Source: an uncultured Gammaproteobacteria bacterium (lineage in GTDB: Bacteria; Patescibacteriota; Patescibacteriia; UBA11705; JABHMO01). Taken from it: a stretch of DNA of 64,000 nucleotides. Positions 46,763 to 55,472 of the stretch are shown here, piece by piece. Under the pieces are notes generated by a model. That model was given only the letters and a program-made list of their open reading frames with translations, had not been told where the DNA came from and did not search any database. The stretch covers positions 52,198-116,197 of the forward strand of contig CAZPYM010000004.1 of assembly GCA_964590105.1 (NCBI GenBank), written 5' to 3'. The first letter of the stretch is position 1. Every line of letters starts with the position of its first letter. Both the position numbers and the translations under genes were made by a program.

Positions 46763-48085
46763 ATGAACTTCCAATTATATAAACAATATTTAGAGGCTGA
46801 ACAATATCTCGAATCCATCGGCAACATGAGCAATGTTAATTTTTTCGAAGGAACGTCCAATCCGGAGCACCATTTCGCGCGCGCCAAATATCTTTTGAAA
46901 TTGGCCGGAAATCCTGACAAAGGCCTGAAAATAATTCATGTGGCCGGCACCAGCGGCAAGGGCTCGGTCGTGAATTATATTTATAACATTTTGCAAAAAG
47001 CGGGTTATAAAGTCGGGGCCCACTTCTCCCCTTTTATTTCCGTGTCCACGGAAAAAGCGCAAATCAACGGCCGCTTCATTTCCGCAAAAAATTTCATTGA
47101 GCTGGTGGAACAAATAAAACCGATCATGCAAAAATGCCATGAAACTTTTGATACGCCGAGTTATTTTGAATGCTGGCTATTAATTGCCCTGCTCTATTTC
47201 AAAAAACAAAAATGCGATTACGTCGTGCTTGAAACCGGCTGTGGCGGGCGCTATGACGCCACGAACGCTGTTCAAAAAACACTTGTTTCAGTTATCACCA
47301 ATATCGGCCTTGATCACATGCATATACTCGGGAACACGATAAAACAAATCGCTTATGAAAAAGCCGGCATCATCCGCCGGCGCGGAAAAGTTTTTACGGC
47401 CGCGCAAAAACCGGCGGCGCTGAAAGTTATTCAAGATACGTGCGACAAATTATTTGCTGACCTTACAATCGTGATTAACAGTCAAAAAACAAAAAATCAA
47501 AAAAACGAAAAACCAAGCCGGCTCGATCAACCAATCAACCAATCAACCAATCAACTTTTAGCCGCTGAAGTCGCCGAACACTTGGAAATTTCTCATAAAG
47601 ACATTGAACGCGGCATTGAACAAGTTAATCCCCTGCCGGCGCGCCTCGAAATCATCCGGCATAATCCTTTAGTTATTCTCGACGGCGCGCATAATCCTGA
47701 CAAACTTGACTATTTGGCAGAAAAAATTAAAAATCTGAAATTCAAAAAGCTCCACTTAATCTGCGCTTTGGGTCAGCACAAAAAACCAAAAAATTGTTTT
47801 AAAGAATTAATTAAACAAACCGATTCTCTGTATACAACTCGTTCGCTTTTGGCTTTCAGGAAGTTCATTGATCCCATTGTGGTTGCCAAAGAGTTGAAAA
47901 AAATAAAACAAATTCCAACACAAATTTTTCTCGATCCGCAAGATGCGCTGGCGACCGCTCTAAAAAAAGCCAAAAAAAATGATTTAATTTTAATCACCGG
48001 TTCATTTTTTCTTTGTAGCGATTTAAGAAAAAACTGGGTCAGCGAGGAAAAACAGCTTGAGCAGAGAACAAGTTTTCCAAAATAA
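46763..48085 (+). CDS. folC: FolC-family (folylpolyglutamate synthase/Mur ligase-fold) protein
   Basis: IHVAGTSGKGS, ETGCGGRYDATN, GLDH..LG, IAYEKAGII, LDGAHN, ITGSFF. Confidence 0.9.
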   Translation: MNFQLYKQYLEAEQYLESIGNMSNVNFFEGTSNPEHHFARAKYLLKLAGNPDKGLKIIHVAGTSGKGSVVNYIYNILQKAGYKVGAHFSPFISVSTEKAQINGRFISAKNFIELVEQIKPIMQKCHETFDTPSYFECWLLIALLYFKKQKCDYVVLETGCGGRYDATNAVQKTLVSVITNIGLDHMHILGNTIKQIAYEKAGIIRRRGKVFTAAQKPAALKVIQDTCDKLFADLTIVINSQKTKNQKNEKPSRLDQPINQSTNQLLAAEVAEHLEISHKDIERGIEQVNPLPARLEIIRHNPLVILDGAHNPDKLDYLAEKIKNLKFKKLHLICALGQHKKPKNCFKELIKQTDSLYTTRSLLAFRKFIDPIVVAKELKKIKQIPTQIFLDPQDALATALKKAKKNDLILITGSFFLCSDLRKNWVSEEKQLEQRTSFPK

Positions 48086-48095
48086 ATTTTTTAAA

Positions 48096-48136
48096 TAAAA
48101 AAACCCGTCTCGAATATTATCAAGAGACGGGGTTTT
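48096..48136. terminator. Bidirectional intrinsic terminator
   Basis: AAAACCCGTCTC-loop-GAGACGGGTTTT between convergent genes. Confidence 0.7.
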
Positions 48137-48140
48137 GCAT

Positions 48141-48605
48141 TTAAACGATCTTTTTCCAGCCTTTGTCAGTTTTCGCAAAATAGTTATAACCGAATCGAAT
48201 AAGCGCGAACTCACTCGAAAAAACTCGCCACGACACCAAATACTTGAACAGCTTTTCCGACAAAGTTCTTGCCCTTTTCAATTTTCTGCCGACCTCGCTA
48301 TTCACGTCAAAACCGACCAAAAGCATTTCTAAAGACAGCCCATTGACTGAACGAGTCCTTTTCTTAATTTGCATCTCCACTCTTGATAATCCAAAGTGCG
48401 AACGCGCATCCTCGTCAACCCAAATCATCACGCCGCCGCTTTTCCAGAATTCATCATTAGCCTCTCCGGCCACTGCGGCATATCCTTCTTTTTTATTGCG
48501 CAGATTTTCTTGCGCCGCCGCTATTGCCTTTTCCGCTTCTCTTACCGCGGCTTTCTTTACCCGACATTCCTGCAATTTTGCCCTTAAGGCTGTTAAATCT
48601 TTCAT
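48141..48605 (-). CDS. Hypothetical coiled-coil protein
   Basis: GGAGG upstream of ATG 48605; follows the 48608..49069 gene. Confidence 0.55.
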   Translation of the reverse strand: MKDLTALRAKLQECRVKKAAVREAEKAIAAAQENLRNKKEGYAAVAGEANDEFWKSGGVMIWVDEDARSHFGLSRVEMQIKKRTRSVNGLSLEMLLVGFDVNSEVGRKLKRARTLSEKLFKYLVSWRVFSSEFALIRFGYNYFAKTDKGWKKIV

Positions 48606-48607
48606 CT

Positions 48608-49069
48608 TCAACCTCCATCGTTCACATTCAAAATATCTTCCAACGCGCCGGCATAATGCCTCCAAAACTCTATCCAATTTAACAGCAATTTTGTATAGGC
48701 ATTATTAAACCACACAAGCGGAAAAAATGCCCCGGAAAAAAGGAAAAAAAGTCCCAAAGACCCGAAAGCATCGTGAAGACCGCACAAACTCAAAACAACT
48801 GCTACGAAGAAAAACACAATTGCCACCACGACCATCCAATGGATCATTCGAATACGACCCAACAAAATTCGATCCCAATGCGCCACCTCTTCCATGTCAG
48901 CCGTAAGCCGCTCTTTCACCTTTGAAGAAAGTCCGGTTCTTACCAGCGTTTCTTTCCACTCGGACAGATCAAACACTTCTAATTGCCCGAACATCAATCT
49001 AGCGCCAACCTTTTTGCCGGTCTGTTCGGTTTTTCTGCGGAATTCAAGTATGTTGTTCTTGTCATTCAT
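48608..49069 (-). CDS. Hypothetical two-TM membrane protein
   Basis: GGAGGT SD; TTGACA-17-TAATCT promoter upstream (~49135-49163). Confidence 0.6.
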   Translation of the reverse strand: MNDKNNILEFRRKTEQTGKKVGARLMFGQLEVFDLSEWKETLVRTGLSSKVKERLTADMEEVAHWDRILLGRIRMIHWMVVVAIVFFFVAVVLSLCGLHDAFGSLGLFFLFSGAFFPLVWFNNAYTKLLLNWIEFWRHYAGALEDILNVNDGG

Positions 49070-49323
49070 CTTTTACCTCCGCGTAGATTTCAAGCCAAGT
49101 TAAGAGATCATTGTCAACAAACAATATTCATCCGAGATTACCACGCAAAAATCGTTTTGTCAATAAGGCAAAAACTAAAAATTGGAAATTGGAAATTAGG
49201 ATTGAAGCCGATAAATTTTTCAGCCAACCGCAACCCCGGTTTCGAATTTCCAGTTTCCAATTTCTTTCCCCGCATTTGACAAACTTTTTCATGTCTGTCA
49301 TATTAACACGTGAAAAACGCAAA

Positions 49324-49463
49324 CGAATTAAGAGATTAAGTTAATTACGTTAATCAAGTTAATTGAGTTAATCGAGCCCCCTTAAATTCTCTAATTCGCT
49401 AATTCTCTAATTAGCCAATTCACTAATTCGCTAATTCACTAATTCGCTTAATCTCTTAATTCG
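49324..49463. repeat. 17-bp perfect inverted repeat enclosing 9-mer and 8-mer tandem arrays in the topA leader
   Basis: CGAATTAAGAGATTAAG (49324-49340) / CTTAATCTCTTAATTCG (49447-49463); about 7 CTAATTCR-like units inside. Confidence 0.85.
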
Positions 49464-49470
49464 CTTTTTT

Positions 49471-51690
49471 ATGAAGCTAGTCATCGTCGAATCACCGACC
49501 AAAGCCAAAACAATTTCCAAATTTTTGCCGAGCGGTTACAAAGTCGAATCTTCATTCGGCCATGTGCGCGATCTGCCGGCCAAGCAGATGGGCATTGATA
49601 TTGAAAATAATTTTGAACCGACCTATGAAGTCAGCGAAAAATCTGAAAAACATGTCGCCAAACTAAAACAACTGGCCAAACAAAGCGAGCAGATTTTGTT
49701 TGCTTCTGACGAAGACCGCGAAGGAGAGGCGATTTCATGGCATTTGAAAGAAATTTTAAAACCAAAAAATTACGAACGCATTACTTTTCACGAAATCACG
49801 AAAAAAGCAATTGAACAGGCGCTGGAAAGTCCGCGCGATATTGACATGAATTTGGTTGACGCCCAGCAGGCGCGCAGAATTCTCGATCGGCTGGTGGGGT
49901 TTGAATTATCCCCATTTCTTTGGAAAAAAGTGGCGCGCGGATTGTCGGCCGGACGAGTTCAATCAGTGGCTGTGCGGCTGGTCGTGGAAAAAGAACGGGA
50001 AATTGAAGCATTTAAAACTGATGAATATTGGACGCTGGACGCGATTTTTAGTCCTGATGAAAAAAATAAATTCGAAGCCAAACTCCATGCCAGAGACGGC
50101 CAGACATTAAAAAAGTTTGATATTAATAATGAAAAACAAGCAAAAGAACTGACGGATGAACTGGAAAAGAAAAAATATCAAGTCGCCAACATCGAAGCAA
50201 AAGAATCCAAGAAAAAAGTGCCTGAACCATTCCGCACCTCCACCCTTCAACAGGCCGCCGGCAACCGACTTTATATGTCAGCCAAGGACACCATGCGCGT
50301 GGCGCAACAATTATATGAAGGAATTAAGCTCGGCGAAAAAGGCGCTGTCGGACTTATCACCTACATGCGCACTGATTCATTAAATCTTTCCAATGAATTT
50401 TTAAATCCCTGCCACGACTACATAAAAGAAAAATTCGGCAAAGAATACGTCCCGGCCAAGCCGCGCATTTTCAAAACCAAAAGCAAAGGTGCGCAGGAAG
50501 CACACGAAGCGATCAGGCCCACACACGTACATTTTGCGCCGGACGAGATCAGACAATATTTGGACGACAAGCAATTCAAAGTTTATAATTTGATCTGGCA
50601 GAGGGCAGTGGCCAGCCAGATGAAGGAAGCGCTGGTCAGCTCAACTACGATCGACATCAATTCAGATGATAATAATTTTACTTTTCGCGCTACAGGGCAG
50701 ACAATTAAATTCGACGGCTATCTAAAAGTTTACCCGACAGACACAAAAGAAACTCTTTTGCCTGAACTAAAACAGGCGCAGGTAGTTGATCTTGACGAAC
50801 TCAAACCAAACCAGCACTTTACCCAGCCGCCGGCGCGCTATACTGAAGCCGCGCTGATCAAAGCGCTGGAAGATTACGGCATCGGCCGGCCGTCGACCTA
50901 TGCGCCGACCATTTCCACTATTCAGGAACGCAACTATGTTATTAAGGAAGAAAAAAAACTAAAACCGACCGACATGGGAAAAATAGTCAATGACATTTTG
51001 GTGGAACATTTTCCCGACATTGTTGATTATCAATTCACCGCGGAAATGGAAAACAACCTGGATAAAATCGCCGACGGCAAGAAAAAATGGCAACCGGTCA
51101 TTAAAGCTTTTTATACTCCATTCCATTCCAACCTCGAAAAAAAGAGCAAAACATTGACTAAAAAAGAATTGACCGAAGAAGCGACTGAAGAAAAATGCGA
51201 AAAATGCGGCGCTCCCATGGTTATCAAAACCGGCCGATTCGGCCGCTTCATGGCTTGCTCCGCTTATCCCGAATGCAAAACAACAAAACCTGTTCCCGGG
51301 TCAGAAGAAGAAAATCATGAGCCAGAATTGGTTGATGAAAAATGTCCTGATTGCGGCGCTGCGCTGGCCAAACGGCGCGGCCGATACGGCGCGTTCCTCG
51401 GCTGTTCAAATTATCCTGATTGCAAATTCATAAAAAAATTCAGCCAATCAACAGGAATCAAATGCCCTGAATGCGGCGAGGGTGAAATTGTTTCGCGACG
51501 AGGCCGCAGCAAACGAATCTTCTTTGGTTGCGACAAATATCCAAAATGCAAATTTACTCTCTGGGGCAAACCAACAGGCGAAAAATGCCCGGCCTGCGAA
51601 TCGCTCATGATTCAAAAGGGCAAAAACGAAGTTTGTTCAAACAAAGATTGCAAGACTAATAAAAAAGAAACTCCTGAAGAAAAAAGTTAA
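49471..51690 (+). CDS. topA: DNA topoisomerase I
   Basis: IVESPTK, DEDREGE, SAGRVQS, ITYMRTDS, EAHEAIRPT, GIGRPSTY, three C4 zinc ribbons. Confidence 0.97.
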   Translation: MKLVIVESPTKAKTISKFLPSGYKVESSFGHVRDLPAKQMGIDIENNFEPTYEVSEKSEKHVAKLKQLAKQSEQILFASDEDREGEAISWHLKEILKPKNYERITFHEITKKAIEQALESPRDIDMNLVDAQQARRILDRLVGFELSPFLWKKVARGLSAGRVQSVAVRLVVEKEREIEAFKTDEYWTLDAIFSPDEKNKFEAKLHARDGQTLKKFDINNEKQAKELTDELEKKKYQVANIEAKESKKKVPEPFRTSTLQQAAGNRLYMSAKDTMRVAQQLYEGIKLGEKGAVGLITYMRTDSLNLSNEFLNPCHDYIKEKFGKEYVPAKPRIFKTKSKGAQEAHEAIRPTHVHFAPDEIRQYLDDKQFKVYNLIWQRAVASQMKEALVSSTTIDINSDDNNFTFRATGQTIKFDGYLKVYPTDTKETLLPELKQAQVVDLDELKPNQHFTQPPARYTEAALIKALEDYGIGRPSTYAPTISTIQERNYVIKEEKKLKPTDMGKIVNDILVEHFPDIVDYQFTAEMENNLDKIADGKKKWQPVIKAFYTPFHSNLEKKSKTLTKKELTEEATEEKCEKCGAPMVIKTGRFGRFMACSAYPECKTTKPVPGSEEENHEPELVDEKCPDCGAALAKRRGRYGAFLGCSNYPDCKFIKKFSQSTGIKCPECGEGEIVSRRGRSKRIFFGCDKYPKCKFTLWGKPTGEKCPACESLMIQKGKNEVCSNKDCKTNKKETPEEKS

Positions 51691-51734
51691 TTGGGGTAGT
51701 TCAGTTTGAGAAGATCTAGTTAATCAAGAAGATA

Positions 51735-51770
51735 TCAAAAAAGATCCGGCTCCGCGCCGGTCTTTTTTGA
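51735..51770 (+). terminator. Intrinsic terminator after topA
   Basis: TCAAAAAAGA.CCGGC-loop-GCCGG.TCTTTTTTGA. Confidence 0.7.
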
Positions 51771-51892
51771 TTTGTAAGTTGAGTTGATTTTGAATTTTGA
51801 ACTTTGGGTTTCTCAAAAAGCTGCCGCCTGCATTTTCCCCTTTGGATTTGAAGCAACTTCCTTTGAATTTTGAACTTAGACTTTTGGATTTC

Positions 51893-51984
51893 TCAAAAAA
51901 CCCGCTAATGCGGGCTTTTTGAGTGTAGGGTTCTGGATTGAAACCCCAATTAAAGTTGATGATAGGGTATCACAGAGACCCTAC
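51893..51984 (-). ncRNA. Candidate small RNA B (promoter-to-terminator unit without ORF)
   Basis: TTGTCA-17-TATTAT promoter (52019-51991); hairpin UAGGGU..ACCCUA; terminator CCCGC-AUUA-GCGGG-U6. Confidence 0.5.
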
Positions 51985-52083
51985 GTGACTATAATAACAA
52001 ATGATTGACAGACTGACAAGGGCATTAATGTAATTCAGAATCTTTTCCCTTTACATTACAAAAAATAACTAAATTAACTATTT

Positions 52084-52148
52084 AAAACGAAAACTCCTAG
52101 ATCAGAGACCCAGGAGCTTTCAAATTGAGATTCTAACCTACCATCAAC
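52084..52148 (-). ncRNA. Candidate small RNA A (promoter-to-terminator unit without ORF)
   Basis: Perfect TTGACA-17-TATAAT with extended TG (52183-52155); terminator-like CUCCUGGGUC-UCU-GAUCUAGGAG-UUUUCGUUUU. Confidence 0.55.
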
Positions 52149-52259
52149 AAAGGCATTATAGCAAACTTTAGCCAACTTGTCAAGTGCCCCAACAAAAACG
52201 AACCCCGTAAAACTAATCCTCTATTGATTTTTTCCTAAAATATGCTTAAATAATAGTAT

Positions 52260-53903
52260 ATGCCGGTCAATGAAATAATCCAATCAATCAGGAAAAAACA
52301 ACCCGAATCCTCAATTAAAAAATTTGAGAACAGTTATAATCTACTCAAAAAAAATACCTCGGACCTGACTTTTATTGATAAAAAAAATGTTATTCGCAAA
52401 GCGCTTGAAAGAGCGCTTTTTGCTGCCAAAGAAAATGCTTGCATTGAATACACTTGCGCGGTGATGTTTTTCGATCTCGGAAAAAGAGACAAAAATATTT
52501 ATAAGGAAATAAAATCAACTCTTGGCGAAGACATTGAGCGCGTTGTCAAAAGTTACAACTATGCAGAACAGCATCTGGGACCGGAAAAAAAATATTTGCT
52601 GGATCATTCCGAGCGCATCGCCCTCGACCTCGCCTACGCCAAGCTTGACTCCGCCGCCATCTGCACCGCGCTTTTGCATGAAGTACCCAACAACACGCAA
52701 ATAACAATAGAGGATATTGAAAAATTATTTGGCAGTGAAATCGGAACCCTGTCGCGCAATTTCCAAAAAATTCGAGCCATCAAAACCACCAACAATCAGC
52801 AATACATTTCTCATTTACGGGAAATGACCGTGGCCATGGCCGCTGACTTGCGGGTAATTATTATAAAAATGTGTTCCAATATTGACCGCATGCTAAACCC
52901 CACAGTGGAATCAGAAGAAAAACTGATGAACATTGCCCTTGAATCGCGGGAAATATTCGCCCCCCTGGCCGACCTTCTGGGAATCTGGCAGCTGCGCTGG
53001 CGACTTGAGGATTATTCTTTCAAAATTCTTGAACCGCAAGAATATGAAAAAATTTCCCGCAGATTTCACGTTGACGAGAAAAAAAACAGGAACAAATACA
53101 TTCAAAAAACAATCAGCCTCCTGCAAAATGCGGCCAAAGAAAATAAGATCGTCTGTTCAATTGACGGCCGCTTCAAACATTTTTATAGCATTCACGCAAA
53201 GATGAAAGCCAAGAAAAAAAGTTTCGATGACATCTGCGATGTTTTTGCTTTGCGAGTAATTGTTGAAAAGGTTGATGACTGCTATAGAATGCTTGGTCTT
53301 ATTCATAATCTCTGGCGCCCCAAAAACCGGCGCATCAAAGATTATATTGCCGCTCCAAAAAGCAATAAATATCGCAGTCTGCACACAACTGTTTTCGGCT
53401 TGAACGGACGAGCGACTGAATTCCAAATCCGCACAAGAGAAATGCATGAAGAAGCCAACTATGGCATCACGGCGCATTGGCATTATAAAAATCCAAGAAA
53501 AAAAATCCCGCCATGGATCCAGGAATTACTGCTCAAACAACAAGAATACACGAGCGATGAAGAATTTATAAACAAATTTAAATCAGATGTACTGGGCGAC
53601 AGAATTTATGTTTACAGCCCAAAGGGAGATGTCATTTCCCTGCCGGCCAATTCCACCCCTATTGATTTTGCTTATCACATTCACTCTGAAATCGGACACA
53701 AATGCAGTGAAGCTCTGGTCAATGATATTCCCGTGCCGCTAAACTACAACCTGGCAACTAATGATATTGTTCAAATAATACTGGATCGCAATCAGCGGGG
53801 GCCAAAAGCAAACTGGCTCGATTTCGTCAAAACAAACGCCGCCAGAAATCATATTGAAGACTATTTAAAACGCAAGCCAGTGGAAAGAAGCTTTAGACTT
53901 TGA
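52260..53903 (+). CDS. RelA/SpoT homologue with degenerate hydrolase domain, intact synthetase and TGS
   Basis: GRFKHFYS, DYIAAPKSNKYRSLHT, EFQIRT, AHWHYK, TPIDFAYHIH. HD is replaced by HE and DRLHN is absent. Confidence 0.88.
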   Translation: MPVNEIIQSIRKKQPESSIKKFENSYNLLKKNTSDLTFIDKKNVIRKALERALFAAKENACIEYTCAVMFFDLGKRDKNIYKEIKSTLGEDIERVVKSYNYAEQHLGPEKKYLLDHSERIALDLAYAKLDSAAICTALLHEVPNNTQITIEDIEKLFGSEIGTLSRNFQKIRAIKTTNNQQYISHLREMTVAMAADLRVIIIKMCSNIDRMLNPTVESEEKLMNIALESREIFAPLADLLGIWQLRWRLEDYSFKILEPQEYEKISRRFHVDEKKNRNKYIQKTISLLQNAAKENKIVCSIDGRFKHFYSIHAKMKAKKKSFDDICDVFALRVIVEKVDDCYRMLGLIHNLWRPKNRRIKDYIAAPKSNKYRSLHTTVFGLNGRATEFQIRTREMHEEANYGITAHWHYKNPRKKIPPWIQELLLKQQEYTSDEEFINKFKSDVLGDRIYVYSPKGDVISLPANSTPIDFAYHIHSEIGHKCSEALVNDIPVPLNYNLATNDIVQIILDRNQRGPKANWLDFVKTNAARNHIEDYLKRKPVERSFRL

Positions 53904-53995
53904 TATAATGGTAAAGCGATAAAGAAAACTGGGACAGTGATAAATGAGAAGTGAAATTTAAATGTCACTTCTCACATCCCACCTCCCCCCGCTAT

Positions 53996-55447
53996 ATGAC
54001 AATCCGCCAATTGATTGAAACAATGAAAGAAAATTATTCTGCCGACGAGATTAGATTAGTCGAGCAGGCTTATGATTTTGCCGCTGAAGCTCACAAAGGG
54101 CAAAAAAGATCAACCGGCGACGATTACATTGAACACTCTTTGCAGACCAGCAAAACCCTAGCCGAGCTAAAACTTCCGGCGCCAATGATCGCGGCCGGCA
54201 TGCTCCACGACGTACCGGAAGACACCAAAAGAACGCTTGACGAAATTACAAAATTATTCGGCACAGACATCGCCAAAATGGTTGAAGGCATTACAAAAGT
54301 TGGCCGCGTTAAATATAGAGGGATTGATCGATACGTTGAAAACCTGCGCAAAATGTTTGTAGCCATGGCCGAAGATATCCGGGTGATAATCATTAAATTT
54401 GCTGACCGCTTGCACAATCTGCAAACTCTCTATGCCCGACCCGCCGATAAACAAAGAAGAATAGCGCTCGAAACTCTGGAAATATATGCGCCAATTGCCA
54501 ATCGACTAGGAATTGGAGAACTCCAAGCCAGACTTGAAGATGCTGCATTTAAATACGCTTATCCGGAAGAATACATCAAAACAGAACAAATGATAAAAAA
54601 GAATTTTCCGATCAAAAAGAAAACGCTAAATAACATGATCCGAAAAATAAAAAATAAATTAGACAAAGACTCTATTAAATATTATGATATATATGGACGA
54701 ACAAAACATTATTACAGTTTTTACAGAAAATTTCTTAAATACAACAGGGACATAAAACAAATATACGATTTGGTGGCCATGCGTATCATCGTGAACTCTG
54801 TTGCTGATTGTTACGCTACGCTCGGCGTGATCCACAATCTCTGGCGGCCAATCCGTGGTAAAATCAAGGATTACATTGCTCAGCCAAAACCAAACGGCTA
54901 TCAATCACTGCACACTGCAGTATTTGGCGATGATCAGGAAATTGTTGAAATACAAATTCGAACGCAAAAAATGCACGAGCAGGCAGAACTCGGTATTGCC
55001 AGCCACTGGCGCTACAAAGAAATGCCGAAAGCCGGCAAAAAAGAAATTGAATGGGTCAGCGAGCTAGCCAGCTGGCTAAAAAATGTCAAAAACAACGACC
55101 AACTTTTGGAAGGCGCAAAAATTGATGTTTTCCAAAACAGAATTTTTGTATTCACGCCACAGGGCGATGTTATTGATCTGCCTGACGGCGCCACACCGGT
55201 TGATTTTGCTTATCACATCCACACGGAAATCGGCAATAAATGCTCCAGGGCCATGGTTAATACTGAAATCGTGTCGCTCGACCGAAAACTAAAAAACGGC
55301 GACGTGGTGCAAATTATTACTGACAAAAATCGAAAAGGGCCAAATCCTGAATGGCTTAAATTCATAAAAACCAGAACCGCCCGCGCCCACGTCGAATCTC
55401 AAAAAAATAAAAACTGGAAAAAATTCATTCCAAAATTTTCCAAATAA
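53996..55447 (+). CDS. rel: Short bifunctional Rel (HD hydrolase, synthetase, TGS; no ZFD/ACT)
   Basis: H.GQKR.TG..YI.H, LHDVPED, ADRLHN, DYIAQPKPNGYQSLHT, EIQIRT; start placed at ATG 53996. Confidence 0.9.
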   Translation: MTIRQLIETMKENYSADEIRLVEQAYDFAAEAHKGQKRSTGDDYIEHSLQTSKTLAELKLPAPMIAAGMLHDVPEDTKRTLDEITKLFGTDIAKMVEGITKVGRVKYRGIDRYVENLRKMFVAMAEDIRVIIIKFADRLHNLQTLYARPADKQRRIALETLEIYAPIANRLGIGELQARLEDAAFKYAYPEEYIKTEQMIKKNFPIKKKTLNNMIRKIKNKLDKDSIKYYDIYGRTKHYYSFYRKFLKYNRDIKQIYDLVAMRIIVNSVADCYATLGVIHNLWRPIRGKIKDYIAQPKPNGYQSLHTAVFGDDQEIVEIQIRTQKMHEQAELGIASHWRYKEMPKAGKKEIEWVSELASWLKNVKNNDQLLEGAKIDVFQNRIFVFTPQGDVIDLPDGATPVDFAYHIHTEIGNKCSRAMVNTEIVSLDRKLKNGDVVQIITDKNRKGPNPEWLKFIKTRTARAHVESQKNKNWKKFIPKFSK

Positions 55448-55472
55448 AAAATAAAAATAACTTAAAAAAAAT

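Noticed and set aside
49302-49317. parS-like CACGTGAAA
   Set aside because: Too many mismatches to TGTTTCACGTGAAACA and not palindromic.
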